Of a DNA stretch of 64,000 nt, positions 26,623 through 40,620 are shown piece by piece. The stretch is from Sphaerodactylus townsendi. Lineage: Eukaryota. How positions within the stretch are numbered: position 1 is the stretch's first letter; every line of letters begins with the position of its first letter. The stretch spans positions 67,270,001-67,334,000 of the forward strand of contig NC_059426.1 in assembly GCF_021028975.2 (NCBI RefSeq). The letters are read 5' to 3'. A model generated the notes under the pieces. That model did no database searches. It was not told the origin of the DNA and saw only the letters and a list, made by a program, of their open reading frames with translations. The translations under genes and the position numbers were made by a program.

Positions 26623-28589
26623 TAAGCTTGTGTTGCTTGCCAGTGCTTTTGCACAGGGCTATTTCGTCTTTCTCTTTTGTATATATATTTTTGTAGCCTG
26701 AATTTTATATTTGGAACTCTATCAAAGAATAATTTCTTTTTACAACTCTGCTGTGTTTCACTCTGCTGGGAGCTGGATAGTTTCAGTTCTTCTATCACTG
26801 CTTAGGACTGCACTGTTACATTTCTCACCGTCTCTTTTGTGTGCTCAAAGCAGAAGGTGGGGAATAGTACCACTTCGGCCACTTTCTTACAGGTATTGCC
26901 AACTGGTGCATTGCCAGCTTGCTTTCACCCTCACCTACCTCCTAGCAATCTCCCCACTTGTGAAGAACAACAATAAGGTGGCAGAACTCCACGTGGAAAG
27001 CATATTCCCAGAAAAAGGCTGCATCCCCAACGCAAGGACGCAGTCTGACTTTTTGGTTAGGCTTGGCGGTGCTGAAACTGAGCCTCACAGCAAGCCAGTT
27101 CTGCCATTGCAAAGGTCCACAATGTGAGTTGACAAGAGCACCAAAAGAACAGAAGCTAAGCACAACAAGAGCTGTGTGTTCTCTTACACACCAGCAGTGA
27201 ACAAGAAGGTAAAGCACATTAAAAAGTCCTGGCATGACAGTGCTTTTCTGTGAGTAAAGAAAGCACCACAGACAGGGGGTTGGGGATGGGGATCTACTGG
27301 AGTGGAGTACGAGGCAACCTCCAGGTCAGGGACAATCTATAGGGCATATATGGGGCAGCTACTCTAGGCCCCATGCTGTGAGGGCCACTGGCCCCCAACT
27401 GTACAGCTGTGCCATCTGCAGCTCTCAGCCACAGCAAGAAGTGTGGGTGTCAAGAAAGTCACCAGCAACAGCTAGCAGGGCCAGCAATCAGCTGTCACAT
27501 GAACACATGATGCTGCCTTTTGAATCAGACCACCCATCCATCTAGGTCAGTATTGTCCGACTGGCAGCAGCTCTCCCAGGTCTCAGGCTGAGGTCTTTCA
27601 CAGCAGCAGAAGGCCATTGCTTTCACCTCCTGCATGTGAGCTTCCCAAGGCACCTGGTGGGCCACTGCGAGTAGCAGAGTGCTGGACTAGATGGACTCTG
27701 GTCTGATCCAGCAGGCTCTTTCTTATGTTCTTATCACCTCTGCTACCTGATCCTTCACCTGGATATGCCAGAGGTTGAATCCAGGGCCTTCTGCATGTCA
27801 ATCAGGTGCTCTCCCACTGAGCCATGGTGGCCCCTCCTAACACCTGTCTGTATTGGGGGTAGGGCAGAGGAGAAGAAGGTCAGTGAGGGACTGAGGCAGG
27901 GCACTGTTTTGTCTCTTCTATTGGCAGGGAAGGGGCTGGGAGAGCAAGGAGAATGCCTCACCATGGAGAGAGCCCCCCCCTCTTGTTCACTGAGCACAGC
28001 AGGGGCTTTTGGACCATCCTGGACTTTTGCCCAGAGGCCAGAATTTGTAAGACTGGAGGAATGCACAGAAAACCTGGTTCTACTAGGTGGGGTTTTTCTC
28101 CACAGAGTGCTGCAGTGATGGTAGAAATCACTCCTGGTAGCACCTGGATGCAGAAAGGGGAGAAAAGCAGGATGGCTGGGAGCAGAATTCCTTCTTCACT
28201 CAGGTTAGCTTGTGTCCCAAGCACTACAGAGGCCCCTCCCTTCCCCAGCACTGCTGCAGAGGAGCCCTGCCTGGGGAGATGACAGGTCTAGGCACGAGAG
28301 CCTTGTCTCTTGGGTCTTTCCAGATGTGCTTGCTAGGACAGGTAGCACTTCCTTGGGGTATTGTCTTTGTGCTAAAGACATGCTGCAAAAGGAACTACCT
28401 CTGATTTATCATTTCACAAGCAAGACCTGAAGTCAGAATAGTGAGAGTTGAAAACTGTTGACATTTTTATTGAAACAGCAGGGACAGGTTTTTTTTGGGC
28501 TTCCCTTTCTCACCTAAGGATCTAAGTGCCGTCATCAATGCACTGACAGAAGAGGGAGTAGTGTGCTTCCACTGTTAAAAATAATCCCT

Positions 28590-28742
28590 TAGTGTTTGGG
28601 GTGGGGGAAGGGTTGGAGGGGCCTTGGGAGAGTTTGTGCCAAGCCCAGATTGGTGTTTAAGGTGGGGGAGGGTTGGAGGGGGTTTAGGAGGGCTGGTGTC
28701 AGTTCTGGCTTGGTGTTTGGTTCGGGGGAAGGTTGGAGGGGT
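28590..28742 (+). repeat. G-rich approximately 60-bp tandem repeat (about 2.5 copies)
   Basis: GTGTTT...GGGG..GGTTGGAGGGG unit starting at about 28591, 28651 and 28711. Confidence 0.7.
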
Positions 28743-30024
28743 AGGAAGTGGTGGTGGTTGAATTCACAATTCCACTTAGACCTTTTAGTGGGAAAGGGCA
28801 TGGAGCTGTGCTAAAAGAAAATAACAAGCCACAGTCCCCAAAGTGGAAGCCGTGGGATGTTGTGTGTGTATGAGAGGTAAAGAGCAGTTGCCATGGTGAA
28901 GGTGCTTTGTATTTTCTCCCTTTGAATTTTGAGTCTTGAAATCTTTTTCAGGCTTAGCTGGTGTCTCCCAGTATTTTGTGCAAGGCCATAGAAGCTAAAA
29001 AGAGCAGAGCCATTAAAAGTGACACCTTTCCAGAGTTAGAAGAAACCCCCGGGGATACCATGAAGACTGTGGGCATCAAGTGACAGCAACTGAAAACCCA
29101 CCTAAGTAGGAGCCCGGCTTGCTAAGGGGCCAGGTGGAACAATCTGCACTCAGTGGACTGGACTACAATCTCAAGAACACTTTCCATGGAGTAAGTCCCA
29201 CTGAATAAAATGGCTTTTACTATTTGTTAATATTGCTCTCATGGTGTCCTAATACCAAAGTTGTGTTCTTTTATACTGGTTCTACTGCTATATTTTTTAA
29301 AGTAGTTCAACACTTAAACTAGACACTAAGTGAAAAAAATTTTCCCCCAACCAGTATCTCTATTCCAGGAAAAGCTGCTCTTTGTCTAATTGGTGTGCCA
29401 GATGTTGTTCATTTGTATGTTTTTTTCATTTATACTACACCTTATTTTTCAGTGGGGATCCAAAGAGGTTTACACTGTTCTCTTGCTCTCTATTTTATTC
29501 TCACAACAACCTTGCTAGAGTGACAATGTGTGACTAGCCCAAGATCACCCAGCTGGTTGTTAAACTAGCAAAGCTAGAAAAATAAGGAAGTAACCATACT
29601 TGTTGTAATTCCAAGATACTACTCCCATCCTGACTTGGCCATTTTTATGTGTCACTGTGGTTATTCTTGTTCCTGTTAAACACAGCAAAGCAGGGCAGGC
29701 ATTGACATCAGAAGGAAGTGAAGAGGGGGCCAGAGGTAGCAGGTAGAGATGCAGCAGCCACCCATGAGCTGGTAGCAGCATATGCGGATCTCCCCTGCTC
29801 CATTTTATCCTGACAGTCCAGTGAGGTAGGCTAGGCTGAGAGCAAGTGAGTGGCCCATGTTTTTTTGCCAGAACCGTTGGACTTTGAACCTGTGTCTCCC
29901 CAGTCCAAATCACTACTCTGATCATTGAACCACAGTGGGTCTATTTGAACCAAGAAATTTTTTACAAAGTGTAGCAGCCAAATTGAGTATGAGACCCTCA
30001 GCCAAAATCCTCAAATGCCTGGGG

Positions 30025-31041
30025 CAGAGGTGTATCTAGGCAAACTGGATCCCAGGGACAAAACCTGAGTTTGGCACCCCCCCCCAAGTATGAGTGGCCA
30101 CCCTCCCCCCCCAAACAATGATTTTTTGCACCAGCTCACAAAACATTTCCGACCCCCAGCAAAACATACATGGCTCTCTCCCCACCAACTCTCTTTCCTA
30201 ATTTTGTCCTCACACCAACCCTATGAGGTAGGTTGTTAGCCTGACAAACAGCTTCAAGCCAGTGCAAATGGGTGTTAAGCATGTAAGTCTATCACAAATC
30301 ACCCCCAGCAAAACATTTACCAAACAAATGTCAGCATCATCTCTCACAAAACATCTCCAGTGGAATCCACCCCCAAACAGCATCCCTTTCAATGGTATTT
30401 AACTAGGGAGCCCAGATTCTTCTTTTAAATCCACCTTAAATCCAGTTAAAACAACATTGAAAGTGATGCTGTTTTGTGGTGGATTCTTTCTCCCCCACGC
30501 TGAAACAGCATCACTTTCAGTGTTTAAACTGGGGACCTCAGATTCTCCCTTTAAGGTGGATTTAAAAGAAGAATCTGGGGAAATTTGGGGGGTGCCTGCT
30601 GTCAGGGGTGCAATTGTTAAGCTAGCAGCACGAACATTTCAGGGTATCTTTACGTGACTCTCCTGATGATACCACCTAGGTTTGGTGAAGTTTGGTTCAG
30701 GGGTCTCAAAGCTATGGACCCTCAAAAATGTAGTCCCCATCTATTAGTTCCCATTGGAAACAATGGGGGATGGGGGGGCTTTTGGGAGTCCATAACTTTG
30801 GACCCCTTGCACCAAACCTCACCAAATCTGGGTGGTATCATCAGGAGAGTCTCTCAAAAAATCCCTGAAATTTTGGTACTGCTAGCCTAAAAACTGTGTC
30901 CCCTGCAGGCCAAAAACTGAAAAAACACTAAAAAATACAAAAAACACCCAAACAAACCTGAAATTTTTGCGCCCCCCAAGTGACCAAATGGGGCGCCCAG
31001 GGACACTTGACTCCCCGTGTCTCCATGGCAGATATGACCTG
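30025..31041. mobile_element. Non-autonomous hAT DNA transposon
   Basis: CAGAGGTGTATCT...AGATATGACCTG imperfect TIRs; 8-bp TSD GCCTGGGG at 30017-30024 and 31042-31049. Confidence 0.78.
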
Positions 31042-31301
31042 GCCTGGGGCAAGTCTGACTGAGAAGTTTGGTTTAGGAAACTTTAGTAGTTCTCCCACTT
31101 GGCATTAATCATCCTGTTACTTCTAGCAAACTGTTCTGGATCAAACAGATATGACCTTAGATTTCATTTTGTGGGCAGAGTATCACACATACCTGTCCTG
31201 TAGTCCATCAGGGAGATTCTCAGGAAAGCCATAACCAATGAAGCCTGGAAGAAGGGGGGAACCAGATTCCTTGTTGGCTAAATCACACAAGAAGGCAAAA
31301 C

Positions 31302-31731
31302 TGTTAGAATATTTGGCATCTCTTGTAAGTAATTGCAGGAGCAACATAGTTGCACCATTTAGCTACTGTGTGTTAATGCAAGACAGCTGGTAGTTAATGA
31401 GGGTGACCTTTAATGTCTGCATATTATGGTGTAGCTTGTATGCTCCACTTCTCCATCCATCCTCCTCTCCCTATCTCTCCTCCTTTACCTTTTGCTCATT
31501 ATGCTGCATGATTGTAAGCTGTGCTATGTTGCTGTATTTTTTCCTTGTTTACTTTTTGTGTAAGCTTGTTTTGCTTGCCTGTGTTTTTTAGCACAGGACT
31601 AGTTTTGTCTTGTTCTTTTCTAAATATATATATTGTAGCCTTTTATATTTGGAACTCTATTAAAAATAATTTCTTTTTACAACTCTGCTGCACTTCACTC
31701 TGCTGGGAACTGGATAGTTTCAGTTCTATCA
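31302..31731. mobile_element. Solo LTR (same family as 25786-26797)
   Basis: TGTTAG...CTATCA termini with 5-bp TSD AAAAC. Confidence 0.8.
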
Positions 31732-34700
31732 AAAACTCCCTCACAGTCCACATCTGGACTGCAGCTCCTACTCCATCCTTTATAGAACTGCAGTTTGTAG
31801 AACTGCAGTTTGGTAGAATTAAAGTTGTCCTGAGCTACATGCTTCGAGCTACTCAGGAGCTGAATTCCAGATGTGGTCTCTAGTCTGCCTGCCTTGGGCT
31901 GCACACCTGTTTTTCTGCTGTCCTTACTCTGAAAGTCAAGGCTAGGTAGGGCTGAGAAGAAATAATGTAACGGTTGGTGTGTGTGCGAAGCATGCTTTTA
32001 GGAAGCTTTCATAAACCCACTTATGGGGAATTGTAGACTTCTCTTTTTAGATGTCATCATCACCGCAAGCCAAAGAGAACTGTTAACCCTCCTCTAAAAA
32101 ATATTCTGTAATCACCATAACCACTTCCTGTGTGTGTTTCTTTATGTGGATGCAGAAACATGCTGTACCACCATTCTTTGACTGTATTTACAACTGTTCC
32201 CTCTCCACAACTATATCAATCTAAATATCTAATAAAGACCTTTGCTTCTTGATCACAGAAGCTTGCACTGAAATAAAAATATGGTAGTCATTTAAACCCA
32301 TTTATTCTTGCAGTACTATTTCACTGTGAGATAGGCAAACAGACCACAGGAATGGGAGGAACAAACTTTCTGTATTACTTTGATGGATCAAGTCTTCCTA
32401 TTTTCATGCAGTTCAGTGCTATGCATATTTACTCAGAAGTAAATCCCACTGAATAGAATGAGATACTGTGTAGGGGATGTGTTTAGGATTGAAGCCCAAA
32501 GAACCTTGAGGGGTTGAGTGGCCTCAGTGAGAAAGGCAGACTATAAATAAAGTTTTTAAAAACCTTCCCAGCTGACCAGCTTAAATACAACAGTGTTCTT
32601 CCACTAGCCCCTTGGACAGAGAAATAACTTGGGGAACTCTAAAAGGCTACATTGTTGGAATATAACGCCAAAGGATTTTATGGAACTTGATTATGCTGCT
32701 TTATCCTGTAAGCCACCCCAAGCCTCAATGAGACCAGTAGACTACAAATGCATAAATAATGAAATAAATCTTTTTAGTTGTCTCTTTTCCATCCAGAAGA
32801 ATTAGAAACTTTAAAAAACTTTTCTTTGTATACAAGCTGTTCAATACCCCAGATAATTTTGCCTTGCCCCCAAGTATCTTTTCTGAGATGTTTGAGTCTG
32901 TAGACAGCACAGCATTACTTTTAAGAATGCTTGTTAATTGTGGACATTAAGTATGGAAGGAAATGTAGCTTCTAAGAGGACATTCTGGGAGTTGTAGTCT
33001 GGGCAGAAGTGTAAGTGGTTGTAAAGCCAACAAAACATGTCTAAGAAAAATCTGGAAAGGCCTAGGAAGAAATAGTAATGTTTAGCAGTGAGAGTTTATT
33101 GCAGACGATTATAGTCTGAGAAAGAAAGAGAAGGAGACAGAGACTTGGAATAAGACTGTCAGCAGTTTTTGTTCATGAGGAATGTCTCTTAATACAAAAA
33201 AAACACCCTTCCACCTCTAGTTTTAACATTGACTTGCCTTTTTAAGAATAATAGAACTGAAGGATTGCTTTAAAAAAAAATCTAAACATCATTATAGAAA
33301 ACAAGAACATGATTTATGATAGTTTTCACCCCCAAAATTGTTAAGAGGTGTGAGCAGTGAAGGAAATGCCCTATTGTGGTAATTTGTGAGTCAGCTCCAC
33401 ATGCTGCCATATGTGTTCTCTAAAGGAGGGGGTTGCTTGGTGGCAGCATCAGTAATGGTGGGCATGTTTCCCTGAAGACTGTCTGCCTACCATCGCCACA
33501 GCCTTCTCCAGTGTGTTAGGTAACCCTCGGTCCATACAGAACATTGGTAAGGCCCAACACCTCTTTGTCATAATTATTTGTATCCTTAGGATGTGGATTG
33601 CCATAGTGCCCAGAATCCCCATGAGTATAAGTTAAACTACTGCTCAACAGCATCTAAAAAGGCCAAACTGGATTTAAAAGGCTGATTGACATGCTCCACT
33701 GGAGAAAGGCTGTGCACATAACTTAGCTCCAAATCTTCAGCAGCCAGCCTTCTTTTCCATACCAGCTTTCCTCTCTCCTCCCCTCCTCATTTCTAGAGCT
33801 GTTGTAAGTTCAGAGAGTTGTGCCACCTCCTTCCTCTGTGCACCATTACCAGGCAAAAGTCTTCTGCATTCATTTGCGTACAATGCATCAGACTGGAACT
33901 GGATTCTGCCCATACTTTCCTCTGCCAACCAGATCATGTATCTATCCATGCAGCTGCTTATTTGGAGGAAGGTAGCAAATGTTTAAATCTGTAGACATGA
34001 AATATACATTCCACATTGCCTGACAGAATTCTCTGGTGAAAGTTCTACCCAGGCTGGTATATCTGGAAGTTAGGAATTGCATTCCAGTGAGGGATTCCTG
34101 TATGACTGCAGCTTTTATGGGGCAGGGGAAGGCTCCATCACATTTCAGAAAAATATAAGAATGAACAGGGCAAAACTGCAGCTTTTCCTGTCATTGCCAC
34201 TGTTCAGCAGGAAGAGGAGCTTTGTCAAAAAGAAGAAAAAATAAGCTCTGCATTCCAGGGTTGTAGAGTATAAATCCTCAGCTTTGTTTTGCTCGGCTGT
34301 CAGGAATGTCTCAAGGCACTGGCAAGTATCCAGTTGTTTTAACTGCTGTATGACAGTCAGGAATTCAGCTGGTGCAACTTTTCTATTCTGTTTGAATTTT
34401 ACCATCTTGAAAACAACTCGGTGAATAAAGCAGTCAAGTGAGACACCTGGTAGCTGTGACTACCTGGTGGTGGTGGAAAGGACCCAGAGAAAGGAAAGGC
34501 AATAGCAGGGAGGAGAGGCTGCTTTGACTTCACAGCTGCAAGCTGCTGGCCAAGGCAGGGCAGTTCAAGGGGTTACATAAACAGCTGCAAGGCATGCAGA
34601 GGTAAGTGGATCTTGGATGGGGGTTGCTCACCAGCTCCTTTTGGGACGGGGGTGGGGGGAGAATAGAGACGCAGTGTCAACATCTCCTTGGTAAGGTTGC

Positions 34701-35895
34701 CTGTGAGCTCCTTTAGCTGTGCAAAGCTCCTTTTCAGTTAGCCACCCACTGAAAGCATTATCAGCAAATTTGTTTTATACCTGGCTAGGTTTGCAGGCTG
34801 TTCTGAAAACAAAGGGAGCCTTGTAAGAAACGACCTTCCTCCCTATTCTCCATCCCTGGTGGGTATATTTGTACTGCCTGTGGCGTAGTTGACAGATGTG
34901 CAGAATCCAGCATTGTGCAATCAGTCTATTCACCCCCAGCAGAGCAGGAGGAAACTGAGCCCTTCAGCAACCCTGCCTACCCTGAGAGCTGGAGCACACA
35001 ACCATTGGGAGAAGGAAGAAGTGGTTGGGTAGGCTGCCAAGTTCAAGGGGAGGGGGGGGGTCTAAGAGGCAATGATTGATTAGCTAGAGAATTTTGTTTA
35101 GTTAACTAGCAAGTAGAAGCAGTACTTCTGTTGCCTGTACTTAGAGGCAGTCTGCTGAAATAATAAACATCTGGGGAAAACAGAGGTTGTGTTGAGTGGC
35201 AGGAGCAAGGATCCTCTCTAGAGTTTGCCAGAAAAGGCTAGGAGGTACATTCCTCCATATGCTCTTGCTACCAGGAGCAGACTGTAAGAGGACGAATGCA
35301 GCTGAAGCAGAACAGCAGCTGGAAGCTTATTTAGAGATTTAGAGAGAGGACCGAGTAAGTAATGTATGGATTAATGCTTATTTCTTTATAAAATGTGTAT
35401 CCCACCTTTCTCCCTTTACAAATGCCACCTAGTAGGGTTGCCAAGTCCCTCCTGGGCACCAGTGGGGCATGAGGGGCAAAGGAGCAAACCATTTTAAAAT
35501 ATATACGTCAAAATTACATTTTAAAATCATTAAAATCAACACACATCATTAAAACAATTAAAAACGAGTTAAAATACATACAAGATAGTGTTGTCATTCT
35601 AGTGTCAGTGTAAAGGAGCATGCATGGAGGAATCCACTCCAGGTTTCATACTGAACTAGTGAGGGATATGCAGAGAGTTACCTCACTTTGTTCTGTGAGC
35701 TGCAAGATTGAAATTGTCTCAGCCTGTTTTGTCCTGTTAAGCCTACCGACAACATCGTTAGCTCCCCAGGTCCCTGGACACTGGGACACAGCTGAACATT
35801 CCTCAGCAAGCAGTTCTCCAGAGTATCAGATGGGCAGCTTGATTAACCCCACTAATCACTGCACTGGGGACCTGGGGTGTTTTATAACTCTGTGG

Positions 35896-37264
35896 AGAAA
35901 AAAAAGAGGAACGAACTGGTAATTAACTATGAAAAAACCAAAATATTGGTCTTCGCTAGAAGACCCCCTAGTCATACATGGACCATCAATAACAGACCCA
36001 TAGAACAAGTTAACCAGTTCAAATATTTGGGCATAACTCTTACTAGCAACCTTAATTGGGCAGTACATAGGAAATTAGCACTCGCTGCAGCTAACAACAG
36101 TGCCCTAGCAATTCAGCGTTTCTTTTTCACTGTGGGCCACCAGTATATACCATCCGCATTGAAGGTGTTCAATGCTAAATGCAGCTCTCAGCTCCTCTAT
36201 GGAGCACCTATTTGGATCGGAGCTATAAACAAAAATATAAACACAGCCCAGTCCCGTTTCTTCCACAAAATTATGGGCTTACCAAATTGTGCTTCATATG
36301 CAGCCCTATGTTTAGAACTCGGGCAAATATCATACGCCACGATGGCTCGGTTATTGAGAACTGTCAGATACTGGCTAATGCATCCACTATTTGCAGGATC
36401 ACTCCAGTTTGTTACACCCTCATGCTTTCCGACTACGTAAGTAAAATTCTAGGTGGTTGAAACTTACGAGGGAAAAATCAACACTCTTTGGTTTTTTTTC
36501 ATTAGAGTCGTTAGTCCCTCTTTCCCTATCAGAAGCATATATAGCTGCTTGAAAACTAAGCTATTAGGAACAAGAGTATCGGGATATGATAACAGCTGCG
36601 TAGGGAAAACGTGTTCCCCCCCCCGGACCCCAAGGCTTATTCCAATTGAACAAGGACACATGGCCACCATTTACAGTGTGGGATCACCAACCCTAAATTA
36701 AGAAGAGCTTTAACACTGGCCAGATCCACCCTAACGCCTTCTATGCTGCTCTATGGCAGATATCAACAAATTGATAAACAGAGGGAGGCTGCGTCCATGC
36801 AATATGGGCTGTGGTGGAGACACTCGATCATACCCTCTCTTCATTGTGTGTTATTTGCAAAAATCAGAATGTCACAATCTGCACTTATCCCATTTCTGTA
36901 TAACAATCTAACTGATGCTCTTAAGATACCTATGCTTTTGAACAACATGGATCCCACAGTGTGTGAGAATGTAGCAAAATTTCTGCTAACAATAATAGAC
37001 GTAAGTCTAGATGAATACCAACCAATGTCTATGTATTATGACCACATATAGCCAGCAGTAATTTTTCTAGCTTCTGTCAGTATCCGATGACGTTTAAGTG
37101 AGTTAACTTAGCTGAAGGAATGTCCTATAGTTACAGAAGGACCATGTATATATTTTAGTATTTAGTATTTTAGTACCAGTGTCTATAATTGTGAGCAATA
37201 ATGGGCAAATTTTGTATGCTGATTTTGTATGTTTATTTTATGCCAATAAAGGCTTGTGACTGAC
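35896..37264 (+). mobile_element. 5'-truncated non-LTR retrotransposon (RT C-terminal region, frameshifted)
   Basis: KTKILVF...IEQVNQFKYLGITL; AATAAA plus (TGAC)n tail; 13-bp TSD TATAACTCTGTGG at 35883-35895 and 37265-37277. Confidence 0.85.
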
Positions 37265-40200
37265 TATAACTCTGTGGCTGGCATTGAATGCCTTCCTGAG
37301 AATTGCTGCTGGTCTCACCTGGATCATGCTGGCATGTTCTCTTACATAGAAGCAAGCACAGAATTCTTTTTGCCACTAGCTATGGCAGGAGGAATACCGT
37401 TGCGCTAGCCAAGGGCAGGATACCCATTTCAGGACTTGACACTGTCGGATGACAAGATCCTTTAAACCCATTGTGCCCCCTTAACTCTGTGGTGGTGGAA
37501 AGTGCTGTTAAGTCAGAGCTGACTTATAGGGCCCATAGGGTTTTCAAGGCAAGAGATGTTCCAAAGTGGCTTGCTATTGCTTGCCTCAGAGTGGGCTGAG
37601 AGAGTTCTGAGAGAACTGTTACTGGCCCAAGGTCACCCAGCAGTTTCATGTGGAATGCAGACTTAAAATGTTTTGTATGGTGGCAATGGTGGGAAAGGAA
37701 CTTGCAGAAGCCTTGGCCTGTAAGAGCTGTTTTTGTTCCACAATCATCTCTTTGGCAGCTTGTCAGATTTTCATTCCACTGTCCCACCAAGAACTCAGAA
37801 CCATGTTAAGAAACCATGTCCTAACAGACCACCTCATCAAGCATCCTGGTGGCTAGTATGTGAAGTCCACAAGCATTCCGTGTATTGCTAACCCTCAGCA
37901 GCACATGAGATGAAAAGCTGCAGATTTAAGGAGTGCATGTTTTGTATTTGGCCAAGAAAATCCATCTGGCAGTCCTGGCTGTTAAAAGTGTATGTTCCTT
38001 TCATCCTGGTGAAATGGTTGTGACAGGTTTATAACTTGCAAAGAGCCCCAGAGCTGCAAAATTTGCCTGCAGGGAAAAAGTCAGGGCTTCTTATTTGCAT
38101 GTAGAGTATGAACACTTTAAATGGATCATTGCTGACTTTAGCAGTTATTTGAAACATTTCTTGACAAATCACTGTAACCAAGCCCATTTTAAAAACAGCC
38201 AAATTATGACCCTAACCCAGAGTTCTGGGATTTTCCTGTCCTTGGGTGAGTCTTTTAACTCTGGGAAGAGGAACATGTCCTTGTATATTACGAAACTTGA
38301 GGATGATCTAACTATATAGTTTATAAGAACTGTTACCTGGGAATATGTGTTAATGATATTGGCAATAATAAAAATATTACACCTACATATTAAAGTTGTG
38401 CAATATTAATGCCACAGTTCTATTTTCTGGTAAGGTAAGATGAATAAGATTGCAGTACCTCGGGCTGGTATAAAACAATCTATAGTACCACCATAAGCAG
38501 AGTGAGACCCTTTTAAGCCCATTGACTTGAATGGCGCATCTCTGCTTACTACACTGAGCTTCCATCCAGAAAGTTCTCCCAAAGGCACCAATGTCAGACA
38601 GTGGCTTGGCTTCGATGCAGTAAGTCCAGATTCAAATCTTTGCTGGAGGGTGACCTTGCACAAAGTTTCTCCCAGTGTACCCTACCTCATAGGGTTCTTG
38701 TGATTCTAAAATGCAGGTATGAGTTCCACCAGCTCATATACCTCTACAACATAGATGTTGAACACATAACTTTTTTCCTAACATGCATGGGAATGCTATG
38801 TAAAAGAAGCAGTAGCAGGGCCCTGTGGAAAGGTAAGCAATCCCAGCTCCTTGGGAAAAGAGCAGAGGACAAATATACCAAATTAAGAAATGTAACTGAA
38901 TGTTTGATATATATGATGTATTGACAGTCTTACTGGTAAGCCAGACCACTCTTAGGCCCTCCTTTCCACTCCTAGGGAAAAGGGAAGGCAAAAGAAATAT
39001 TGCAGAAGTCTGGCCAGCCATGACCAAGGGACTCCAGTCCTACTACGATTCTGTGACACTTATCTAATTGCTAATGCCAGGCCTTGCAATATTGGGATGT
39101 AGATGGATGCTCTTCCCTTGGTGCACATTGGATCATGGCCACCTGTAGCTTTCAGTTCAGTACTGGAAGTTCAGACTGTGTGTGTGTGAAACCCTACTCT
39201 TTTTCTTACTATGTGACCATGGCCAGGAGTGAGGCATGGCAAAGGTGAAAGCACTTGCTAGAAGCTTAACAGCTGCTTTCTTTCCAGCAGGTTGCTGAAG
39301 GAGTTGGGAATTAAGAAGATGTCTTGGCCTCATTGACCTGAGCAATTACACATCAGTCTCAGATCTGAATTGTCTTTAATGTGTTCTTGATCTCCAGACC
39401 ATATAAACACAAAAGGGTTGGATCCAAAGATCAATCCCTCTTAATGGAAGGCACATCCATCAACAGAAGAAAACTCTTCTGCTTCCTCTTTTCCACTGAG
39501 GTCCCTGAAATGGTCCCATTTCCAAGAAGCTGAATTTGGGGGAAATCAGTACACTCTGACAGAAGCGTCAGGGCAGAAATGTCCATATAATTAATGGAAG
39601 CGCCTCCCGTTAATGAAAAATTTAGTCTGGATCCAACCCATGGTCCTATATGTGGCTTTTGCAGGAAACATGTATATATGCAGGGAAGATATTTGGACTG
39701 CTTGATACTGGATGGCAGGCCCTTAATGCAAGCCTAATGTGTATCTGCACTGTTCTTCCTTGCAAGTGCATGGCTGAAGGTCTTGGAACAGATCAGATGG
39801 GTAGCAGTGCCCCCTGGTGCTAGTGGAAAGCGGATCACTGTCACTGTTGAGGCCTTTCTAAACAAAAATTTATATTACTTGACAGCAACAAGCAATGGCG
39901 AGCCTGATCTATATATGTGGAAGAATGAGCTGGCATAATAGACTATACTATTTCAAGCTTTAAGGTGAAGGATGCCAATGTTGATGACATGGCTACGTAA
40001 AAAAAATCACTGCAATTTTTAAAAATATGATCACATTGTGTGCAGTTTTCTGTTGGCAGAGAGGTGTTAGAATAATATATATGACATTATTGAACAACAG
40101 GACTCCCACCTGCATTTTGAAATGATATGTTCAGCACCCCCACCCCCCACCCCCAGGGTTCTAGAACTTCATTCTTCACCCTGCAGAAGGGTAGACAGTT

Positions 40201-40620
40201 TTCTAAACCATGTTATTCCTGCATTTGCAACAAACATGTAACCACCAGGGGGTGTTGCTGCATCAGCAGACAGAATATCTCACTGGGACTTTCCACCAAA
40301 GTCCTTGCAACAAGGCACAATGGAAAAAAACCCCCAAATTTCACAAATGTCAGATAATTCTCTATTTCCAACCTTCTTTTTCTTCCCACAGTAATCTCCT
40401 TCTGCATATTCAGAAAGCCAGTGTGGCCAGCTGGCTAGACAGGAGGGGTAATCAGCTGATGCTCACTTAAAAACTTGATTTATTTATTTACTTCATTTTC
40501 ATTCCAGCCTTTCCCCAAGGAGCTCTTGGCAAGGTGCATTGGTTTTCTCGCCTGCATTTTACTCTCACAACAACCCTGTGAGGTAAGTTAGGCTGAGAGA
40601 AAGTAACTGGGCCATGGTCA

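Larger units (their letters stand above)
25786..26797. mobile_element. Solo LTR carrying a nested LTR
   Basis: TGTTAG...CTATCA termini with 5-bp TSD CTGCT; homologous to 31302-31731. Confidence 0.8.

Noticed and set aside
25786-31731. Full-length LTR retrotransposon bounded by the two similar LTRs
   Set aside because: Each LTR has its own different TSD, and the interior shows no gag/pol ORF.
34396-34405. ATG|GTAAAA as alternative TUBA4A first exon
   Set aside because: Weak donor and no supporting minus-strand promoter features.
35877-36440. 187-aa host gene ORF
   Set aside because: Reverse-transcriptase C-terminal fragment within a TSD-bounded truncated LINE.
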